Source: an uncultured virus (IMG/VR IMGVR_UViG_3300043775_002819)
Lineage: Duplodnaviria; Heunggongvirae; Uroviricota; Caudoviricetes
Length of the DNA: 64,000 bases
Strand: one strand, 5' to 3'
Virus record (IMG/VR): IMGVR_UViG_3300043775_002819
Part shown: piece after piece, positions 16,331 through 23,583 of the stretch
Numbering within the stretch: position 1 is the stretch's first letter
Layout: each line of letters begins with the position of its first letter
Translations under genes and position numbers: made by a program
The notes under the pieces: model-generated
What the model was told of the DNA's origin: nothing
Database searches by the model: none
Seen by the model: the letters and a program-made list of their open reading frames with translations, nothing else

Positions 16331-16684
16331 TTATAAAAAATTACTAATTTGTTTTAGTTTGTCTTTTAACTTGTTAAACTCTTTTCTACCCTTTATCAAT
16401 TTTTTACACTTTGGGTAAAATCTTATTGTATCATCACCAAGTTTCTCAAATTCAATTTCTAAATCAAAAATAATGTTTTCTATATTCTTATGATATTCAT
16501 TCTTAATGTCAAACCAAGGAAATTTTTCACCCCAATTTTTGTGTCCCCAACAAGATTGTGTTGTTCCGATGTTATTATAATTAAGTAAAACAATTAACTC
16601 TCTTATACCATCGTCAATTTTACAACCCAATCCATCTGTAACTATTTTTGATTTTTCATCTATTTTTTTATATCTGTCATTCAT
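16331..16684 (-). CDS. small protein with TYW3-like N-terminal motif
   Basis: IDDGIRELIVLLN...TTQSCWGH resembles the TYW3 IDxxI..LN..TTSSCSGR motif. Confidence 0.55.
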   Translation of the reverse strand: MNDRYKKIDEKSKIVTDGLGCKIDDGIRELIVLLNYNNIGTTQSCWGHKNWGEKFPWFDIKNEYHKNIENIIFDLEIEFEKLGDDTIRFYPKCKKLIKGRKEFNKLKDKLKQISNFL

Positions 16685-16709
16685 ATGAATTATTTTTTGT
16701 CATAAGTTG

Positions 16710-16793
16710 CGGAAGACATTGGAATCGAACCAAATACCCGAAGGTACATCTCGCTTAGCAGGCGGACCCTATCTCCATCAAGGTTTATCTTCC
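16710..16793 (-). tRNA. tRNA-Ser(GCT)
   Basis: Loop CTGCTAA; variable arm TACC-TTCG-GGTA. Confidence 0.8.
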
Positions 16794-16797
16794 GTAG

Positions 16798-16874
16798 TCG
16801 GCACAGTAGGAATCGAACCTACATGGGACCTATTAACCTTTCAACCGCGTATCAGACGGAGGGTATATGTGCCG
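16798..16874 (-). tRNA. atypical tRNA-Ile(GAT), no canonical D-arm
   Basis: CGGCACA/TGTGCCG acceptor, CCGT-CTGATAC-GCGG, canonical T-arm. Confidence 0.6.
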
Positions 16875-16884
16875 TAGTTTTTTG

Positions 16885-16956
16885 CGGACTGGGAGAATTA
16901 CGATATCTCGACCTCAACCTTAACAGGGTTTTGCTCTGCCTCTGAGCTACCAGTCC
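16885..16956 (-). tRNA. tRNA-Asn(GTT)
   Basis: Loop CTGTTAA; T-loop ATCGTAA. Confidence 0.82.
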
Positions 16957-16960
16957 AGTG

Positions 16961-17041
16961 TGGGAGAGGAGGGACTCGAACCCCCAAGGCTTTCGCGACA
17001 GATTTACAGTCTGCTGAGCCAACCAATTGCTCAACTCTCCC
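16961..17041 (-). tRNA. tRNA-Tyr(GTA)
   Basis: GCAGA-CTGTAAA-TCTGT with long variable arm. Confidence 0.9.
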
Positions 17042-17104
17042 AAAAATCTAATTCTATGATACCGTCGTCCACATAAGGTCTATGAATTAGTAACAGTCTC
17101 CTCG

Positions 17105-17178
17105 TGCACCCTACAGGGATCGAACCTGTGACCTGTTGTATGTAAAACAACCGCTACTACCTGCTGAGCTAAAGGTGC
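17105..17178 (-). tRNA. tRNA-Val(TAC)
   Basis: GTTGT-TTTACAT-ACAAC. Confidence 0.88.
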
Positions 17179-17250
17179 TTGTTTTAGTTTTTCAGAACAA
17201 AAGTAACCACTTTTTGGTAATGAACGCTCAGTTTTACTAAATTTTTTTTG

Positions 17251-17323
17251 TCCCCCCGGCCGGTTACGATCCGACTCTCCCCATATTAAAAGTATGGTGC
17301 TTTCCCGATTAAGCTACGAGGGG
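17251..17323 (-). tRNA. tRNA-Lys(TTT)
   Basis: CCATA-CTTTTAA-TATGG; T-loop ATCGTAA. Confidence 0.82.
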
Positions 17324-17383
17324 TTTTGTTTGTCATACTTGTCACTTTCCATGATACTTGTTTTTTTATTTGTTTATTTATAG

Positions 17384-17456
17384 TAGGGTAGACAAGACTC
17401 GAACTTGCATCGTCCACGTCCCAAACGTGGTGACTTACCAATTAGTCAACTACCCT
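17384..17456 (-). tRNA. tRNA-Pro(TGG)
   Basis: CCACG-TTTGGGA-CGTGG. Confidence 0.85.
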
Positions 17457-17459
17457 ATA

Positions 17460-17546
17460 TGGAGGAAGAGTGAGGTGTCGATCCCCATACCTTTCAGTAC
17501 CTGCCGTTTTCAAGACGGAGTCACAAGCCGTTGTGATTACTCTTCC
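17460..17546 (-). tRNA. tRNA-Ser(TGA), encoded CCA
   Basis: CCGT-CTTGAAA-ACGG with long variable arm. Confidence 0.8.
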
Positions 17547-17553
17547 ATTATCG

Positions 17554-17624
17554 TTGTCTCGGCTGGACTCGAACCAACACACCCGGAGTCAAAATCCGGT
17601 GCCCTGCCTTTAGGCTACGAGACA
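17554..17624 (-). tRNA. tRNA-Gln(TTG)
   Basis: CCGGA-TTTTGAC-TCCGG. Confidence 0.88.
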
Positions 17625-17640
17625 ATTTATGAAACCAATA

Positions 17641-17651
17641 TGTCAAAGAAC
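17641..17651 (-). promoter_or_regulatory. boxA-like antitermination element
   Basis: GTTCTTTGACA; also at 14574-14584, with variants at 2195, 3641, 14343, 19689. Confidence 0.55.
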
Positions 17652-17658
17652 CTTTTTG

Positions 17659-17730
17659 AGCTCCGTACCAGATTCGAACTGATTTCTTCTGATTACAAGT
17701 CAGACGCATCGCCATCAATGCTTACAGAGC
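17659..17730 (-). tRNA. tRNA-Thr(TGT)
   Basis: TCTGA-CTTGTAA-TCAGA. Confidence 0.88.
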
Positions 17731-17741
17731 CAATATAAAAC

Positions 17742-17773
17742 AAAAAACCCGAGATTTTTAAGTCTCGGGTTTT
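17742..17773 (-). terminator. attenuator terminator 2
   Basis: AACCCGAGA-loop-TCTCGGGTT plus T-run, ending ~11 nt before tRNA-Thr. Confidence 0.8.
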
Positions 17774-17804
17774 ACATTCCTTTTATTATGTTAGTTAAAC
17801 GTTT

Positions 17805-17909
17805 TTAACTCATAAGTGAAAATACCCTCGACTGATTTCGCGTAATATAGCTAAACGACCACTGATTGCTCGGTAGACAATTGACCATATGTTTGAGTGT
17901 ATTTTTCAT
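17805..17909 (-). CDS. putative attenuator leader peptide 2, MKNTLKHMVNCLPSNQWSFSYITRNQSRVFSLMS
   Basis: Read manually; TATATTTG promoter upstream; AGTCGAGGGTATT near the 3' end can pair with terminator arm AAAACCCGAGACT. Confidence 0.75.
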   Translation of the reverse strand: MKNTLKHMVNCLPSNQWSFSYITRNQSRVFSLMS

Positions 17910-17993
17910 TTTTATTATAATTATATCGTTTTTTTAAAAAGTTTCAATTTCTTTACAAATATAGTAATCTTTTTTTAATTGACAAGTTTTTTT

Positions 17994-18374
17994 CTAAAAT
18001 TTTATTATAACTCCTGTCGTATGAAAAACTTGACCATTACTTAATCCTGTGATAAAGGCTCGTTGAAACACCTTAACATTTGGAGATATGTAAAATCTTG
18101 CCCTTATGTCGTAAGAACCTGCAAATAAAATATCGTCCACGGTTAGATCAGAGAATTTATCCTGGAAGGGAACCCTTTTTAATTTGGTGCTTACCGACAA
18201 TTGGAATTGTCCATAATCAAGTTTATAAACATAATCATTTTTTGGTTTAAAGGTTATTTTTTTAAAGTTGGATTCCGCAATTGACTGATAATCCATATTT
18301 GAATATTGTCTCATCAAAGGTTGAGAATAACCAATGAAGGTAAAAAATAAAAGAGTAATAAAAATTGTTTTCAT
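17994..18374 (-). CDS. secreted protein, possible outer-membrane beta protein
   Basis: Signal peptide; C-terminal ...GVIIKF. Confidence 0.65.
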   Translation of the reverse strand: MKTIFITLLFFTFIGYSQPLMRQYSNMDYQSIAESNFKKITFKPKNDYVYKLDYGQFQLSVSTKLKRVPFQDKFSDLTVDDILFAGSYDIRARFYISPNVKVFQRAFITGLSNGQVFHTTGVIIKF

Positions 18375-18378
18375 AATA

Positions 18379-18876
18379 TTATTTTATCTCAAATGCACAC
18401 CTCATAGGTCGTTTTGTTTTAATTGAATCTTCAGGGTTTCCAATTACAACACCGTCTTTGATTGTAAAAGCGTGTCTTCTAACCAATACAAAGAAAGTTC
18501 CTTTTGGGTTTTGTTTAACAAATGTTCCAACGGTCATGTTTCTTTTTTTAGTCTCACCTTTTACTTTAACATCATACATTAATGATCTTAACAAATGATC
18601 GTTGTGTCTTACTCCAAGAGGACAAACTTTTTTACCGTTAACCTTGATCAAACTGTCGGCCATTTTAACAAGAGTTGTTATAGTCCCGTAAGTTCCTTTT
18701 CTTGGTTTTCTTCCAAACTCATCTGCAACGTATTTGTGAGCGTAATCATAAGACACATCGAATGAAGATGCAAATGCTCTAACAACACAATCATTTGTTT
18801 CTCCTTTGGCGATGGCAGAATCACTATATCCTTTAATCGCATTTCCTGTTTTTTCGTATGGTAATTTGTTTGTCAT
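18379..18876 (-). CDS. hypothetical protein (NDCVVRA motif, papain-like?)
   Basis: DCVVRA...RRHAFTI suggests a Cys/His dyad. Confidence 0.6.
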   Translation of the reverse strand: MTNKLPYEKTGNAIKGYSDSAIAKGETNDCVVRAFASSFDVSYDYAHKYVADEFGRKPRKGTYGTITTLVKMADSLIKVNGKKVCPLGVRHNDHLLRSLMYDVKVKGETKKRNMTVGTFVKQNPKGTFFVLVRRHAFTIKDGVVIGNPEDSIKTKRPMRCAFEIK

Positions 18877-18896
18877 ACTGTAAAGATAAGTAATTT

Positions 18897-19367
18897 TTAC
18901 AATTCAACAAAATAAAAACTAGAATTGTCATTAGAATTTAATGACTTATAACCTCTTTTTTGATAAATGTTGTTTGCAATTTCATTATCATTATCAGAAA
19001 TAAAAGATAGATAATTATATCCGTTATTTTTTGCAAATTCATGTGCCAAATCTAATAAGTGTGACCCATGTCCCTGTTTTCTATGGTTTTCATCCACCTC
19101 TAAAGTGTGCATAAAAAGACAATTATCATAATTTAATGGAATGGTTTGAAACTTGGATTCGTCATATAAAGTATTGAAGTTCAGATCTAAATTTTCACCA
19201 TCATTCATTTTGGATATATGGATAAAACCAATAGTATTATTATCAGGAGACGTTAACTCAATGTTTTTTCCAAAGTATCCATCTAAATCACCTTTATATA
19301 CAATTTGGACTTGTGGTTGTTCATACATCAAGTTTTTAATCCTGTGGATCTGTTCGTTGAGGTTCAT
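18897..19367 (-). CDS. GNAT acetyltransferase with N-terminal leader
   Basis: LEVDENHRKQGHGSHLL motif A, N...IYQKRGY; start set at MNLNEQ. Confidence 0.8.
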   Translation of the reverse strand: MNLNEQIHRIKNLMYEQPQVQIVYKGDLDGYFGKNIELTSPDNNTIGFIHISKMNDGENLDLNFNTLYDESKFQTIPLNYDNCLFMHTLEVDENHRKQGHGSHLLDLAHEFAKNNGYNYLSFISDNDNEIANNIYQKRGYKSLNSNDNSSFYFVEL

Positions 19368-19469
19368 AATTATAAATATCATAAAGATACTTATCATAAT
19401 CTTCAGAGTTAATAAACTCCTCGTGAATTTGTTGATGTATGTCTTCCATAATACTAATATAAATATATT

Positions 19470-19508
19470 TTAGTTTGTTCTAATTGTCACAGGGAAATTC
19501 ATGGGAAA
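19470..19508 (+). pseudogene. remnant of an HNH endonuclease C-terminus (LVCSNCHREIHGK)
   Basis: Manual translation; resembles the LLCALCHRLEH end of 12759..13268. Confidence 0.45.
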
Positions 19509-19512
19509 GTAG

Positions 19513-19584
19513 TAGGTCCACCTGGAATCGAACCAGGAATACAAGCTTAGAAGGCTAGGGTTATATCCGTTTAACTATGGACCC
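19513..19584 (-). tRNA. tRNA-Arg(TCT)
   Basis: Loop CTTCTAA. Confidence 0.88.
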
Positions 19585-19599
19585 ATATTTCACATTTTG

Positions 19600-19684
19600 C
19601 AGAGGAGGAGGGATTCGAACCCCCGGATCCGTAAAGATCAACGGTTTTCAAGACCGCCTCATTCGACCGCTCTGACACTCCTCT
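19600..19684 (-). tRNA. tRNA-Ser(TGA)
   Basis: GCGGT-CTTGAAA-ACCGT with long variable arm. Confidence 0.9.
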
Positions 19685-19711
19685 AACATTCAAAGAACTA
19701 TTATAAATATA

Positions 19712-20485
19712 CTAATTATTGTATAACATGTCAATTAGTTCTCTATCAATCGGTGCGTATTCTGTTGTTGTTGTCCAACCTTGATAAAAAATACTTTCAG
19801 GATATTTGTAAGAATCATCACATAAACCTAAAGATTGTGTTAATTCTTCACGAAGTAAATGTTTTTGCTCGAGTTCATTAGCCCTATGAATATCAACATA
19901 CATACAACCTGAATTTTGTTTAACTATAAAAAGACCCCAATTTGACTTTAGTAATCCATAATCAATGTTTGGTTTAATCAAACTAAAATCTTTGTAAGAT
20001 CCAAAATAAATATACATATTGGATAATGATGAATCAGAAACGATTTCGATATTGATGGGATCAATTATGTTGTTCAATTCCAATACAATTCGTTCCAACT
20101 CACTATTCAAAACTTCATTGGTGTTTCCTCCAACATATATTTTCATGTCCTTGTCCCAACGCTTAAGAACTTCACTATCACTTTTAAATTCACGACCTAA
20201 AGCGATTTCCTTGAAATACTCGACCGACTCGGCAGAATAAGATTTGTATTTGTTTTCATCAAAAGGTTCGGCCGTATTTCCACCACCAATCGATAAATCA
20301 TCGTTTTTGATATTTTGTTTGAGTGTGGATAAATCTGTTTTGAATATTTTTTCTACCTTTTCTAAAATGGCAATTTGCATTTTATCATTTAATAGACAAA
20401 AAACGATTAGACATAAAACTAAAACACTAATTAAACTTTTGATTGGATTTTTCATTTTTCTATTATTTGATACAAAGATAAACAA
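19712..20485 (-). CDS. DUF2927-like membrane-anchored protein
   Basis: N-terminal TM; HLLREELTQSLGL..DS...SIFY..D..LIDMLY. Confidence 0.7.
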   Translation of the reverse strand: MFIFVSNNRKMKNPIKSLISVLVLCLIVFCLLNDKMQIAILEKVEKIFKTDLSTLKQNIKNDDLSIGGGNTAEPFDENKYKSYSAESVEYFKEIALGREFKSDSEVLKRWDKDMKIYVGGNTNEVLNSELERIVLELNNIIDPINIEIVSDSSLSNMYIYFGSYKDFSLIKPNIDYGLLKSNWGLFIVKQNSGCMYVDIHRANELEQKHLLREELTQSLGLCDDSYKYPESIFYQGWTTTTEYAPIDRELIDMLYNN

Positions 20486-20507
20486 AAAAACTATACCACC
20501 AAAAAAA

Positions 20508-22271
20508 TTAGAAAAAACTTGTAATAATCCCGCTCTCTTTTACACCTTCTATAATTCCACAAACAATTTTGGTTGCCATCCCTTCTAATGCTCTAAATGC
20601 TGGTGTGTTTGCTGCTGCCTCAGTTACGGTATTTTTTAGGGCCGTATAAACAAAAGTTGATATAGTTCCAGCTTCACCACCTTTCATTGATACAACTGCT
20701 TTATCTAACCACGCCTCTAACGCTGATTTTGTAATAATTTCACTAAACTTTTCACAATCACTAATAAAATTCATATAATCCTTAAATTCAAGATTTGCAA
20801 AAATATTAGCGATTAAAAGAGCGAAATAACCATTTGGGTCGAAACCTGCCCAGCCAATTATTTTTTTTGCGATCGTCTCTTTAAATCCTTGACTTAGACC
20901 CGTTCCCAATTTACTTCCTAAATTACTAACTAAGTTTTTTCCGCCTTCTAAAGCTTTACTTCCAGCACTAGATAGAAAATCGGTTATTGCATTTTCATCC
21001 AATCTTTGGAATTTTTTGAAATCTTTTTGTAAGTCGAATAATGCACTTACAACCAACTGATCTGCTAATGACTCAACTAGTTGATTGTCAAATTGAATTT
21101 TTTTTTTATTAAAAGAAAGTCTTTTGAAATCTTCGTTTAATCTTTTGTTGATTTTTTTGTTAAGAGATTCTGTCATTGAAGAATACTTCGCTTTACCTCT
21201 TGCTCTGTTTAGATTTGCCAATCCGTATGGACCTGGATCTGAAAAAATTGCCTTATATTCATCTCCTTTTCCAAAAGGACCTTCGATAAAGTTTTTATCA
21301 CCACACGAAAGAGCAATAAACTTATCTCTAAATAGATTTGCGGAACATCCTGCTTTGTTTGTTTTTGTTTTGCAATCGTAAAGTCTTTTAATTACAGATT
21401 TACAAGCCTTTCTATCAGGAGTCAAAACTGAACCACCGTATTCACTTGTATAACTTGGGTCAGGGAAATATATTCCTGTATTTCTGATATCAGGATCAAT
21501 ACTTAATGATGGTAAATCTCCTTGAACGTCTTTTAGATAAAACCCATAATTTGCTTCATCGGTTCCTGCCTTTGGTTTGTTTTTTGTAAATCCTTGTTCT
21601 TTCATAAAGTCATCAACTTCACCTGCAACATCACCCATAGTTCCTTGATCTTGTTCGACTTTTTTCCAAACAATACCTTCACCTGGACTTTGTAATAAAG
21701 GTAATCCGTCAGCGTCTTTGAGATTCTTCATTTTATATTCTCTATAGTTCAACGGATCTTTCGGATCAGTTGAGGTAAATAAACCACCTTGTTTTTTAAT
21801 AAAAGCATCAAGTCTAGATCTATCATAAGCCGAAAGTTGTGCTTGTCCCACATCTTCTATTTTTTGTAAATATTGACACCCTTTTGCAATACCGTCAGTT
21901 ATCCTGTCGGCAACTGCTCCTGTTGTAACTCTGTATCCTAATAATGCTTGATCTGTTAAGTTCGGATCTTGCATACCAAAAACAACTATAATATTTCCAC
22001 TACCATCGTCTCCGGAAGCAAAGGCAACACTTTCTTTACCCGAGTTATAAACATCTTTGAATTTAGCCATTAATGGTTGTCCGCTAGTTGTATCTTTTGG
22101 TGATGTTCTACTCATAGACTTAATCGCCTTATCTTTTAGAAAAGATATACCTTGGCAAAAATTAATAGTATTTTGCAATACTTTACCTGTATCGGAGACA
22201 TTAACTCCTTTAGTTTCTTTACTAGCTTCTTGTTCTAATAGGATTTGTGTTAGTTTTTTTGAAATATCCAT
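20508..22271 (-). CDS. large hypothetical protein, putative virion protein
   Basis: 587 aa with ILLE leader. Confidence 0.75.
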   Translation of the reverse strand: MDISKKLTQILLEQEASKETKGVNVSDTGKVLQNTINFCQGISFLKDKAIKSMSRTSPKDTTSGQPLMAKFKDVYNSGKESVAFASGDDGSGNIIVVFGMQDPNLTDQALLGYRVTTGAVADRITDGIAKGCQYLQKIEDVGQAQLSAYDRSRLDAFIKKQGGLFTSTDPKDPLNYREYKMKNLKDADGLPLLQSPGEGIVWKKVEQDQGTMGDVAGEVDDFMKEQGFTKNKPKAGTDEANYGFYLKDVQGDLPSLSIDPDIRNTGIYFPDPSYTSEYGGSVLTPDRKACKSVIKRLYDCKTKTNKAGCSANLFRDKFIALSCGDKNFIEGPFGKGDEYKAIFSDPGPYGLANLNRARGKAKYSSMTESLNKKINKRLNEDFKRLSFNKKKIQFDNQLVESLADQLVVSALFDLQKDFKKFQRLDENAITDFLSSAGSKALEGGKNLVSNLGSKLGTGLSQGFKETIAKKIIGWAGFDPNGYFALLIANIFANLEFKDYMNFISDCEKFSEIITKSALEAWLDKAVVSMKGGEAGTISTFVYTALKNTVTEAAANTPAFRALEGMATKIVCGIIEGVKESGIITSFF

Positions 22272-22285
22272 TTTTTTTATATTTT

Positions 22286-23578
22286 TTAATAAGAGAATCT
22301 ACTAGCCCCATAACTCGTCGCACATATCGATGGCATATCTGATGGACTAAAACTTTTCTTGTTTATTTTTTTATATAATGCGTCTTCTGTTTCTTTATTA
22401 AAGAAACCATTAGGTGTTACACCCAAACAATCTTGAGCCTTTCTTATGTCGTCATTTCCTTTTTTAGCGACACAACCCTTATAATAAGGTGGTGTGCATT
22501 CTATATATTTATTACCATCAACGTCGATCAACACTCCTTGGTTTTGGTCGTCATCAGGTGATCCTCCACCTCCTCCGTCATCGTCTCCGCCGCCGCCTCC
22601 GCCGTCATCATCATCTATTTTATCATCGTCTTTAACTTTCCATCCACTATCTGTAAATAAACTATATACGGCCCATAAAGTTAGACCTATTCCCGCAATT
22701 TTAAATATTCCCCAAAGAGTTCCCCAAGACATAATTTTTCGACCCCAATTAAGACCTCTTCTAAGTCTTGATCCCTTACTAACTCTATTATATTCTTCCA
22801 TAAACCCTCTTTCGTCATTTTTTAACCAATCTTGAGAGTCTTTCCATTTTCTTTTTCTTGCTGCATCATCCATGTGAGGTCCATACTCTTCCGCAATTTT
22901 AAATCCCTCGGATTGAACTTGGTTAGTTATATTGAGGTTGATATTATTTTGATTTACAGGTCCTTCACTTGGTTTCGGTCCTTCACTTGGTTTCGGTCCT
23001 TCACTTGGTTTCGGTCCTTCACCTGTCTTAGGGGGCTCGATTGGATCAACTCGACTTTTTCTCGACTTATACTTATTCATAAGAGTTTCTGCTTCACCTT
23101 TTGTATATTTTCCAGGACCATTCATTAGTTCGTTTACGGCTTGTTCTCTTGTTAACATACCATATTTTTGTTCAAAAGATGGAAATGATGTTACCAGTTC
23201 GGCTGCTAATGATTTAATCTCTGTGCTTGTTGCCGGGCTTTTTAAGAGAGACTTACCAATATTACCTAACTCAGCACCCGCAATTCTTCCTTCTTTCATC
23301 GCCAACACTATTTCTTCGACATTTTTTGTTGATGAAAAAATTCCTTTCTCATTTTTAATAGTGACTGCACCTATATCGGCAACTACAGTTTCTAAACTAT
23401 TATGTAGGATGGCTCTTTCTGCGTTCCCCAACTCCTTGGCTGCGATTAGGGCCTCGGCAGCAGCCTCATTCAAATAGTTTTTGGACGACTGTTTAATTTT
23501 GTTTTCTTCATAAGTTTCGTTCAAATTATAGTTGTATAATAATTTGATTCTGTTAAGTTGTTCTTTTAAATTTTCCAT
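22286..23578 (-). CDS. putative virion protein with TM, GPKPSE repeats and C-terminal peptidoglycan-binding-like domain
   Basis: DDIRKAQDCLGVTPNGFFNKETEDAL; 18-bp tandem repeats at 22959-23022. Confidence 0.7.
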   Translation of the reverse strand: MENLKEQLNRIKLLYNYNLNETYEENKIKQSSKNYLNEAAAEALIAAKELGNAERAILHNSLETVVADIGAVTIKNEKGIFSSTKNVEEIVLAMKEGRIAGAELGNIGKSLLKSPATSTEIKSLAAELVTSFPSFEQKYGMLTREQAVNELMNGPGKYTKGEAETLMNKYKSRKSRVDPIEPPKTGEGPKPSEGPKPSEGPKPSEGPVNQNNINLNITNQVQSEGFKIAEEYGPHMDDAARKRKWKDSQDWLKNDERGFMEEYNRVSKGSRLRRGLNWGRKIMSWGTLWGIFKIAGIGLTLWAVYSLFTDSGWKVKDDDKIDDDDGGGGGGDDDGGGGGSPDDDQNQGVLIDVDGNKYIECTPPYYKGCVAKKGNDDIRKAQDCLGVTPNGFFNKETEDALYKKINKKSFSPSDMPSICATSYGASRFSY

Positions 23579-23583
23579 AATAT

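Noticed and set aside
10056..17738. ORF-track calls overlapping tRNAs (e.g. 10056, 11499, 12545, 14364, 15300, 15935, 16179, 16852, 17358)
   Set aside because: Translations such as GFEP and GIEP are artefacts of tRNA T-arms
22959..23022. 18-bp tandem repeat as a regulatory or iteron array
   Set aside because: In-frame coding repeat (GPKPSE linker); the AAGATP repeat near 37845-37890 is similar
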